From assembly GCF_000016605.1 (NCBI RefSeq), contig NC_009440.1, forward strand, positions 1,291,789 through 1,315,788: a stretch of DNA of 24,000 nt, in the 5' to 3' direction. Shown in pieces: positions 17,812-23,822 of the stretch (within the stretch, counting starts at the first letter, position 1; every line of letters begins with the position of its first letter). The position numbers and the translations under genes are program-made. This DNA comes from Metallosphaera sedula DSM 5348. Lineage in GTDB: Archaea > Thermoproteota > Thermoprotei_A > Sulfolobales > Sulfolobaceae. Under the pieces are notes generated by a model. It ran no database searches. It worked only from the letters and a program-made list of their open reading frames with translations, and was not told the DNA's origin.

Positions 17812-17853
17812 AAAGAGTGTATATATTTTTAAAAAGAGTGTATATATTTTTAA
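17812..17853. repeat. perfect 21-bp tandem duplication (AAAGAGTGTATATATTTTTAA x2)
   Basis: Read directly. Unit 1 is 17812-17832 and unit 2 is 17833-17853, and they are identical. The repeat is mirrored in the repeated LKIYTLF of the spurious ORF 17680..17895. Confidence 0.95.
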
Positions 17854-17976
17854 GATGAGATCCGTAAGAGCTTTCTTAATCCCTGCATACTTCACAGATT
17901 AATATCCAGGAAATCAACGGAGAACTTGAAACAATAATGCTCGATCCTTAACAAATATCATCTTCATGCCCAATTG

Positions 17977-17989
17977 CGACTTAGAGTCG
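17977..17989. promoter_or_regulatory. palindrome CGAC-TTAGA-GTCG upstream of the 18034 operon TATA box (candidate regulator site)
   Basis: 4-bp arms with a 5-bp spacer, centred about 25 bp upstream of the TATA centre at 18005-18012. Confidence 0.3.
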
Positions 17990-18004
17990 AAACCACAACT
18001 TCTC

Positions 18005-18012
18005 TTTAAATA
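18005..18012 (+). promoter_or_regulatory. TATA box for the 18034-20990 operon (leaderless geometry)
   Basis: TTTAAATA is centred about 25 nt upstream of ATG 18034. An in-frame stop at 18007-18009 rules out a longer ORF. Confidence 0.5.
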
Positions 18013-18033
18013 AACGCTTTACCACAGACTATC

Positions 18034-18498
18034 ATGCCTTACTTTCTAGGATACGAAGTGTTCACAAATGCTAGCAATCCAATTTACATTTTCTATATCT
18101 TTAACTTTACAAATCATAGTGTATTAATCAGTACAGTCAATCCTGTTACCCACACTATCCTAAACTATACGTCTGCTATTCCTAGCTTTCTTCTAGTTAC
18201 TTCCGTAAACGGGACCCCTGTCTCATTTCATCTCCAAGGCCTCTCTATCCCTGCATTTGAGGTAATGAGAAACGGAATTTACATCTATTCCACAAAGGGA
18301 GTGCTGCTAGAACAAGTAAATAACAACGGAAACATGACGCTGATTTACGCAAATTTTCCTGGACTTACCAGTCAATCCCTCCCCAGTCTGCACGGGTTAG
18401 CTGGGAATATCGTTCTCTTCCCTGTCAATATTATAACCCTTCTTGGGATTGTTCTCTCGCTCCAGCTGTTTTTGATACTTAAAAAGGTGATTAGATGA
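18034..18498 (+). CDS. beta-rich, N-x-S/T-rich protein with a single C-terminal TM helix and basic tail (copy 1); no N-terminal signal peptide seen
   Basis: 154 aa. Six sequons (NAS, NFT, NHS, NYT, NGT, NMT). Alternating hydrophobic beta-like segments. C-terminus IVLFPVNIITLLGIVLSLQLFLILKKVIR. Paralog of 23346..23822 (shared ILNYT[ST]..P.FL[LV]). Confidence 0.6.
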   Translation: MPYFLGYEVFTNASNPIYIFYIFNFTNHSVLISTVNPVTHTILNYTSAIPSFLLVTSVNGTPVSFHLQGLSIPAFEVMRNGIYIYSTKGVLLEQVNNNGNMTLIYANFPGLTSQSLPSLHGLAGNIVLFPVNIITLLGIVLSLQLFLILKKVIR

Positions 18499-19250
18499 TA
18501 GTTGTTAAACGGGATTTCGCGTGGTTTTCAGCTGGTCTGGCCTTCTTGGCAATAGTGTTCTCCCAAGGGATTGACATCACACTAGGTAGAACAACATTTC
18601 TGAACGTTTACGAACTACCGATGTATTCCATTATACTTAATATTCTTGCTTCTATTTTCTTGGCATTTAACAAGGGTTACTATATTTACGCGATTCCAAT
18701 TTCATTTCTGAGCTATTTGATTCATCCTGAATTAATTAGTATAATTATTTTCGGATTAGCGCTGACAGCCGTGAAGGGAATTCCAACTTTCGCTAGGGAC
18801 GTTCTCCTTGGAATAGATGCCTTTGGGATAATATATGTATTACTAGCCCTCATGTCTATAAAAATAAATTTTCTCCTTCTACCAATCATGGCAATTCAAG
18901 CTGGAACCCCCATTCTAATTCCTTTGGTCCTAATCTTCGGGATACTCTACGGGCTAAAGAGAGATACTATAACGGAAACAATGAAATTCCCCATAACCTT
19001 AACAGTACTCATTACATTATTAATTACCACCTTACCGCTCACCGCCATCAATTCTCTTGGAAAATCAGAGACTGTGGACTGGATATACTATGCCAGTTGG
19101 ATATCCTCCCCCTCAGTAGGATGGTTCTTCTTTTCTAGGCCACTATACTTGGTTCTGCTATATCCCTTCGGAAAATTAATTGGCCCTGATATAGTCTCAC
19201 AGTGGCAAATTCCTGTTCTTTCCTTGATTTTCATCTTTTCAGCCTATTAG
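18495..19250 (+). CDS. polytopic membrane protein, N-terminal part (ends at in-frame TAG 19248-19250; probably one gene with 19305..19949)
   Basis: 251 aa with many TM helices and no Cys. AGGTGA lies 4 nt upstream of the ATG, and there is an ATGA overlap with the preceding stop. Confidence 0.6.
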   Translation: MIVVKRDFAWFSAGLAFLAIVFSQGIDITLGRTTFLNVYELPMYSIILNILASIFLAFNKGYYIYAIPISFLSYLIHPELISIIIFGLALTAVKGIPTFARDVLLGIDAFGIIYVLLALMSIKINFLLLPIMAIQAGTPILIPLVLIFGILYGLKRDTITETMKFPITLTVLITLLITTLPLTAINSLGKSETVDWIYYASWISSPSVGWFFFSRPLYLVLLYPFGKLIGPDIVSQWQIPVLSLIFIFSAY

Positions 19251-19304
19251 CTAGGGAATTCGGTCAAGGAGGGATTAGGTCCCCTAGCAGCTCTCTTAGC
19301 TGGA

Positions 19305-19949
19305 GTGTCTCCTACACTTCTAACATTCCTTTATTCAGGTTTGCAAGCAAATTTCTTCTCATTATCCATGATATATCTGTCCCTGGCCTATCTCCTAAGG
19401 CAGGAGACGGGAAGGGCAATACTATTTTCTTACCTATCTTTGCTATCCCACGTGTATGCTTGGGCCCAGCTAGAGGGAGGAATTGTTATCTTTATAATTA
19501 CCTACTACCTCATGAAACGCGAATTACCAGCCCATTTTAGGAGATACACACTTTTTACAGGACTTCCACTGGTCCTAGGTCTGGTGGTGATGTTTATGGG
19601 AATACTTCCTGTCCCACTAGGTTTCTCGGTTAATAGCTACATGAGTCAAATAACTGTGTTAAGTTGGGGAACAATAAACGCATTTCTATACTACGCCATC
19701 TCGGTTTATGGTCTAACTAAGTCTCCAAGACTAATTTACGTAATTTTTGCGTCCTCTGTTCTGGCAACCTTGGTTCTTGGGGTGGTCCAGAACTTGATAA
19801 TCGACATCCCGTTATTCATACCCGCATCCCTGGGAGTACTCAAGTTGAATTCCAAACTGAGGATTCCGGTTCTCGTCCTTTTCGTGATATGGGCGCTAAT
19901 CATGTCCCTCAACAGCTTCCCCTATCTGTATAATGGGGTGACCATATGA
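19305..19949 (+). CDS. polytopic membrane protein, C-terminal part (same frame as 18495..19250; GTG start is only nominal)
   Basis: The frame is identical to the upstream ORF, with only TAG plus 18 sense codons between them. A GTG 19305 start would fall inside a predicted helix (GPLAALLAGVSPTLLTFLY). The stop overlaps the ParA-like ATG (ATGA at 19946-19949). Confidence 0.5.
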   Translation: MSPTLLTFLYSGLQANFFSLSMIYLSLAYLLRQETGRAILFSYLSLLSHVYAWAQLEGGIVIFIITYYLMKRELPAHFRRYTLFTGLPLVLGLVVMFMGILPVPLGFSVNSYMSQITVLSWGTINAFLYYAISVYGLTKSPRLIYVIFASSVLATLVLGVVQNLIIDIPLFIPASLGVLKLNSKLRIPVLVLFVIWALIMSLNSFPYLYNGVTI

Positions 19950-20638
19950 TGAGAAAGATCATTATAACGGGGGTAAAGGGAGGTACTGGAAAGTCGCTTA
20001 TATCTTTTCTCCTACTGAGAGAATTGGTAAATACAAAGAGAGTACTTTTCATTGATCTAGATAATACCCTGACAGTTACTAGATTATTGGGAATTCTTCA
20101 TCTTGATGACATATTTAATAATGACTATAACGTTAGTTCTTGGACCTACAAAAATGTTAGCATAATACCACTAGGTGTTGCAAATCAAGGAAAATTGCAG
20201 GAATTTCCTAAAGCATATATGGATCTCGTAGAAGATAAAGATATTATCATGATAGATTCCTCCAACATCACTAATCCAGTCCTTAGCCTTGAAGCCAAAT
20301 TGAGCCCCCAAAGCGAATTAGATCTTATCTTGGTTACTACGCCCCAATCTATTTCACTAAAGAGAACCATTGATACCTTACTATCCTTTAAGACGATTTA
20401 CCCCATAGCACCTTCACAGAAGCTCGTGGTTTTAAACATGACTAAGGAGGAGGTTCAGGAGCTTCAGAACGATATTCCTTTTGTAAAAATACCCTTCATT
20501 AAGGAACTATTTCTTAAAGGAATCTCAGCAGAATCATGTGAATATCCATCTATTCTAGCCTCCATAAGAGATATTTTGTATATTTTGGACCTGACCAAGA
20601 TATTAGGTGATAATAATGGAAATAAAAGAGTTTATTGA
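19946..20638 (+). CDS. ParA/MinD-family (SIMIBI, deviant Walker A) ATPase, copy 1
   Basis: 230 aa. GVKGGTGKS deviant Walker A with the signature Lys. VLFIDLD (A'/switch I). DIIMIDSS (Walker B). The small size and lack of an N-terminal HTH resemble type Ib ParA / SegA / MinD. Confidence 0.8.
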   Translation: MMRKIIITGVKGGTGKSLISFLLLRELVNTKRVLFIDLDNTLTVTRLLGILHLDDIFNNDYNVSSWTYKNVSIIPLGVANQGKLQEFPKAYMDLVEDKDIIMIDSSNITNPVLSLEAKLSPQSELDLILVTTPQSISLKRTIDTLLSFKTIYPIAPSQKLVVLNMTKEEVQELQNDIPFVKIPFIKELFLKGISAESCEYPSILASIRDILYILDLTKILGDNNGNKRVY

Positions 20639-20990
20639 GGGGAACAAAAAGACGATAATTCTAGATGAGGACCTTCACAGAATCATTACATTCAGGATCG
20701 ATAGGGAGACCAACAAACGACTAGAGGAATTATCTGCAAAGCTCAATGTTACTAAAACAAAACTAATATTGAACATGATAATGAAATTTCTTGCTGAAGA
20801 TGAGCAGAGGAGAATCCTCATTCTTCAATATCCGGTAACCATAAATTCAAACTCCATAATTGGAGTAAGGGTCACTGAGTCGTTACTCTCCATGTTCATA
20901 GAAAAAGTACCTACGGAATATCCCTACACAGTAGCTCTAAGAAAAATTGTAACATTCTATACTAATGATATTCGCGAAAATATTTTATGA
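20616..20990 (+). CDS. ribbon-helix-helix DNA-binding protein, apparently with two RHH repeats in one chain
   Basis: ATG 20616 is preceded by AGGTGA (20605-20610); the track start is GTG 20607. Repeat 1 is RIITFRIDRETNKRLEELSAKLNVTKTKLILNMIMKFL (strand-helix-turn-helix pattern). Repeat 2 is SIIGVRVTESLLSMFIEKVPTEYPYTVALRKIVTFY. It overlaps the 3' end of the ParA-like gene. Confidence 0.6.
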   Translation: MEIKEFIEGNKKTIILDEDLHRIITFRIDRETNKRLEELSAKLNVTKTKLILNMIMKFLAEDEQRRILILQYPVTINSNSIIGVRVTESLLSMFIEKVPTEYPYTVALRKIVTFYTNDIRENIL

Positions 20991-21028
20991 CTTTCTATCA
21001 TTTCCTCAAGAGGGTTGTTAGCAAAGAG

Positions 21029-21038
21029 TTTTTAAATT
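21029..21038 (+). promoter_or_regulatory. TATA-like box for 21060 gene (leaderless geometry)
   Basis: TTTTTAAATT is centred about 26 nt upstream of ATG 21060 and is preceded by AAAGAGT, as in the 21-bp repeat unit. Confidence 0.4.
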
Positions 21039-21059
21039 GTATGAAACCAACCTTCTTAT

Positions 21060-21461
21060 ATGAGAATAGTTGTAATACTGCCTACGATAGTCTTCTCAAT
21101 CATGACAGCTGCTGCGTTCTATTTTAACGATATTCTACTAGTACTATTGGCTTTACCATTATTATTTATACAATATTTTGTAACTAAGAGCCATGAAATA
21201 GTTGATCAAGAAAGCCTTAATGCATACATAAAACATGCATATGGTATCTCCTGCGAAGGGATCATCTCCTTCACTGAAGACCTTGAGCTATATCTTTACT
21301 TCCCTTCTAAAATGAAGGATAATACGGCCATGGTAAGCAGAGATAAATGTGTGATTAAGATCAACGGAACTGTAAAATCAATGGAGGTTTATGAGGGAAT
21401 AGAGGAAGCTGTCACAAAATTATGTAAACCGAGGATAAATAAGATCTCAAGCTTAAATTAA
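21060..21461 (+). CDS. small membrane protein (two N-terminal TM helices plus a ~85-aa soluble domain with 3 Cys), unknown function
   Basis: 133 aa. MRIVVILPTIVFSIMTAAAFYFNDILLVLLALPLLFIQYFV is followed by a polar domain. Its stop is 4 nt from the convergent ParA-like copy 2 stop. Confidence 0.5.
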   Translation: MRIVVILPTIVFSIMTAAAFYFNDILLVLLALPLLFIQYFVTKSHEIVDQESLNAYIKHAYGISCEGIISFTEDLELYLYFPSKMKDNTAMVSRDKCVIKINGTVKSMEVYEGIEEAVTKLCKPRINKISSLN

Positions 21462-21465
21462 GATC

Positions 21466-22146
21466 TCACATTATATTCTCCACTATTTCAACTAATTCGT
21501 ACAATTCCTTTGGTGGTTCACAATTCTGAAAGCCATTATATAGTAGGTCCCTGTAGAAAGGTACTTTGATAACCCTTATTCCAGGAACTTCTATATCCTG
21601 GTTTTTCACCATATTAGCCACAAGAGCCAGTATCTCGAGAGATATTATTTTTGGAATCATCTGCTTAAGTATTTTTCTATATTCCTCTACAAAGGCCAAA
21701 GCTCGGTCTAGTTGAAGGGCTGGAGTAGTGACAGGGATGAAATAAGAGTCCGATCCCTCCACGGTCTTATAATAGGCCTTATACTCCATTAGTTCTATCT
21801 CGCCTATCCCGCCAGGCGAATTATCAGTTATTACGATATCTGCACCCTTCAAGATATTACCATAGATGGGATAAAATTTCTCCAGAGATGGAATATTACT
21901 AGGTTGAAATCTAGCCAGCGATACAACCTTGAGGTTACGATCTTCGTAAACAAATTCGCCACTTATATCATCTGCCAAATAATTGAATAACCCAATTTTT
22001 ATTCCGAAAATAGAACTTATAGTTGCTGTTAAATCGCGATCTATAAGTACAACTTTATATTTATTACTAAGCAATTTAGATAGATAGTAAGCAATAGTAG
22101 ATTTACCTACTCCTCCCTTAGGACTCACAACAGCAATACGAATCAT
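21466..22146 (-). CDS. ParA/MinD-family (deviant Walker A) ATPase, copy 2 (paralog of 19946..20638)
   Basis: 226 aa. SPKGGVGKST, VVLIDRD, DIVITDNSPGG. It shares VTTP, NM[TV]K, [IV]K[IV]PF.[KR][DE]L...G and CE.P segments with copy 1. Confidence 0.8.
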   Translation of the reverse strand: MIRIAVVSPKGGVGKSTIAYYLSKLLSNKYKVVLIDRDLTATISSIFGIKIGLFNYLADDISGEFVYEDRNLKVVSLARFQPSNIPSLEKFYPIYGNILKGADIVITDNSPGGIGEIELMEYKAYYKTVEGSDSYFIPVTTPALQLDRALAFVEEYRKILKQMIPKIISLEILALVANMVKNQDIEVPGIRVIKVPFYRDLLYNGFQNCEPPKELYELVEIVENIM

Positions 22147-22167
22147 GATATAATAATACCGTCTTAT

Positions 22168-22177
22168 TTTTATAAAA
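22168..22177 (-). promoter_or_regulatory. TATA-like box for ParA-like copy 2 (leaderless geometry)
   Basis: TTTTATAAAA (self-complementary) is centred about 26 nt upstream of ATG 22146. Confidence 0.4.
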
Positions 22178-22204
22178 GGACTTAGTAGTTTCGACTACCT
22201 ATCC

Positions 22205-23068
22205 TCATTTCCTTGTTCCAAGAAATGCCATTATACTAGAAAGAGTGTAAAATACTAGAAAATAGAGCCATATGGTAGCAGCTATATGGTCTATGGGGCT
22301 TTTGTAGAAATAGAAAATAATTGGAGATATTATAGCAAATATTATTAAAAGTTTAAAAATAGCGTAATCCAGCCTAGTACTGAGAGTGGAGCGCAAAATG
22401 AATTTAAGGAAAATATTGTTTCTCATTTTGTGAATGCCGGGAATCTTTCCCAGAACTTTCTTTCCCTCGTCTGTAATCAGCCATTCTACCTTTAAACCTG
22501 AGACACTTTTTCTATTTATTCTCTTAAAGAATTTATAGCGCACAGATAACACTTCTAAGTAATTTATGATAGTTCTTTTAGAGACGCCCAGTTCTTTGGA
22601 AAGTGCGGTAACGGGGACTTTACCATCGTTTATCATTGCAGCTTTACCAATTTCTACAAAATAGTAGTAATGATTCAGGTTATGCATTATATCCATTTCT
22701 CCATCTATAGTGTTCCGGTCCTGAACAAAATTTGAGTATGAGCTAATATCCTTAGGATTACCGTTGGAACCGTTAAGAGGTTCCCTTAAATATGATAGCG
22801 TGGAAAGCTTCTCAAGTAAACTCCTGCCTGTGGCTGACAGGTCATATATATCATATTTAACTCTTTCAACGAGGCCTTTAGCGATAAGCTTCCTAATGGA
22901 GTCTATCGAAGCCTTCTTGTTAACGCCTATACCCTTTGATATTTCTGATATTGAGGATGCTCCCTTCTCTGACAAGAAGAGCATTATTTTCCATTGAATC
23001 TCGCCCTTAGCAAAATCAATACTTTCGTCCAGCTCCCTCAATATATCCATAAGGTCGTTAGTCCCCAT
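22205..23068 (-). CDS. membrane-anchored winged-HTH transcription regulator, ArnR-like (archaellum regulator family)
   Basis: 287 aa. N-terminal wHTH (KIMLFLSEKGASSISEISKGIGVNKKASIDSIRKLIAKGLVERV). A second HTH-like segment (VTALSKELGVSKRTIINYLEVLS). Two C-terminal TM helices (LLIIFAIISPIIFYFY and IWLYFLVFYTLSSIMAFLG). The architecture and the proximity to arlB match ArnR/ArnR1 described in Sulfolobus acidocaldarius. Confidence 0.6.
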   Translation of the reverse strand: MGTNDLMDILRELDESIDFAKGEIQWKIMLFLSEKGASSISEISKGIGVNKKASIDSIRKLIAKGLVERVKYDIYDLSATGRSLLEKLSTLSYLREPLNGSNGNPKDISSYSNFVQDRNTIDGEMDIMHNLNHYYYFVEIGKAAMINDGKVPVTALSKELGVSKRTIINYLEVLSVRYKFFKRINRKSVSGLKVEWLITDEGKKVLGKIPGIHKMRNNIFLKFILRSTLSTRLDYAIFKLLIIFAIISPIIFYFYKSPIDHIAATIWLYFLVFYTLSSIMAFLGTRK

Positions 23069-23345
23069 TATCTTCTATATTAAAGAAAATGAGGAATATA
23101 AAATATTAAGGTCGTTTTCCGGGAATAATCACGTTAAGTTTTCAAACGATGTTACGCTAAAATCATTTATGAGGGTTAGTATATTACTTTACCGTAATAT
23201 TTAAACATATTCATGTAATTCACTATTCTCGATCATAAAAATTTAAATATAATCAATTGGAAAAGGAGTTTATGTGCGCTGAATATAGCCAAGCGATCGA
23301 AATTTCTGGAGATTCTTAATATTGTTGATACCTATAAACACAATC

Positions 23346-23822
23346 ATGGATTTAATTAATCAGACATTACTTTATGCTGTTAGCACATCTGGCCATCTAG
23401 CATACTTCCTGTTGATAAAAATAGTCGCAGTTTCCAATGGATCAATAACGGTAAACGCTACAAACATCCAACCTAATGGTGTTATTTTAAATTACACAAC
23501 GGGTATGCCCCTATTCCTTGTGATCTATAATGGTAGTGGACAGCCTTCTGGGGAGATATTCAATGTTCCAGTGGATAGGGTATCTGTTCCAGGCTACACG
23601 TTATATGTGGATCAATACAACGGCCTCGTTCTCTCCTATATTTCAGCTAATCAAAATTTTACCCTAAACGGCTCCACCATACCCATAGGACCAGGAAAGA
23701 CTTTACCCATTATTTTGCCTTTTCAAAAACAGACAAACTATACCTATGAGGTTCTTTTGCTAAGTTCTGTTCTTGTTTTATCCTTCTATCTCCTGTTTAG
23801 GAGAGGATCGTCTCATGATTAG
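23346..23822 (+). CDS. beta-rich, N-x-S/T-rich protein with a C-terminal TM helix and basic tail (copy 2)
   Basis: The track start is TTG 23322. ATG 23346 aligns better with copy 1, and TTAATATT at about 23315-23322 lies about 27 nt upstream. Eight sequons. C-terminus YEVLLLSSVLVLSFYLLFRRGSSHD. Confidence 0.55.
   Translation: MDLINQTLLYAVSTSGHLAYFLLIKIVAVSNGSITVNATNIQPNGVILNYTTGMPLFLVIYNGSGQPSGEIFNVPVDRVSVPGYTLYVDQYNGLVLSYISANQNFTLNGSTIPIGPGKTLPIILPFQKQTNYTYEVLLLSSVLVLSFYLLFRRGSSHD

Noticed and set aside
17812-17853. 21-bp repeat as a miniature CRISPR array
   Set aside because: There are only two units, directly abutting with no spacers, and no cas genes. It is a simple tandem duplication.
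17680-17895. 71-aa minus-strand ORF in the arlB upstream spacer
   Set aside because: Its length comes from reading through the 21-bp tandem repeat (LKIYTLF LKIYTLF), and it has no plausible start context. A shorter GTG-initiated 35-aa hydrophobic peptide (from 17787) is conceivable but unsupported.
19248-19250. In-frame TAG as a pyrrolysine codon
   Set aside because: Pyrrolysine machinery is known from Methanosarcinales-type methanogens and a few bacteria, not Sulfolobales. Nothing resembling pyl genes is in the window.
18495-19949. Polytopic membrane protein as an archaeosortase/exosortase acting on the adjacent proteins (motif + TM + basic tail resembles a C-terminal sorting signal)
   Set aside because: Archaeosortases are Cys-dependent transpeptidases, and neither half of this protein contains a single Cys. 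No PGF/PEF/VPXXXP-like motif is shared by the two putative substrates.
19946-20638. ParA-like ATPases as Get3/ArsA-type tail-anchored-protein targeting factors for the adjacent C-terminally anchored proteins
   Set aside because: They belong to the same SIMIBI class, but these 226-230-aa proteins lack the extra Met-rich helical client-binding subdomain and the larger size of Get3/ArsA. The basic residues after the TM helix also argue against classical tail-anchor topology.
365-22997. Nested or antisense ORFs from the track: 365..580, 754..1002, 2876..3130, 3591..3815, 4503..4829, 4648..4839, 4826..5062, 5272..5487, 6120..6314, 6543..6875, 7358..7615, 8929..9144, 9296..9526, 9737..9955, 9984..10274, 10271..10717, 11488..11901, 12230..12412, 14416..14691, 14806..15069, 19202..19540, 20185..20370, 22764..22997
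   Set aside because: Each lies wholly inside, or opposite to, a longer ORF with clear family motifs or operon context. Their translations are low-complexity (Ser/Pro/Leu/Arg-rich) and carry no motifs, so they are treated as shadow ORFs.
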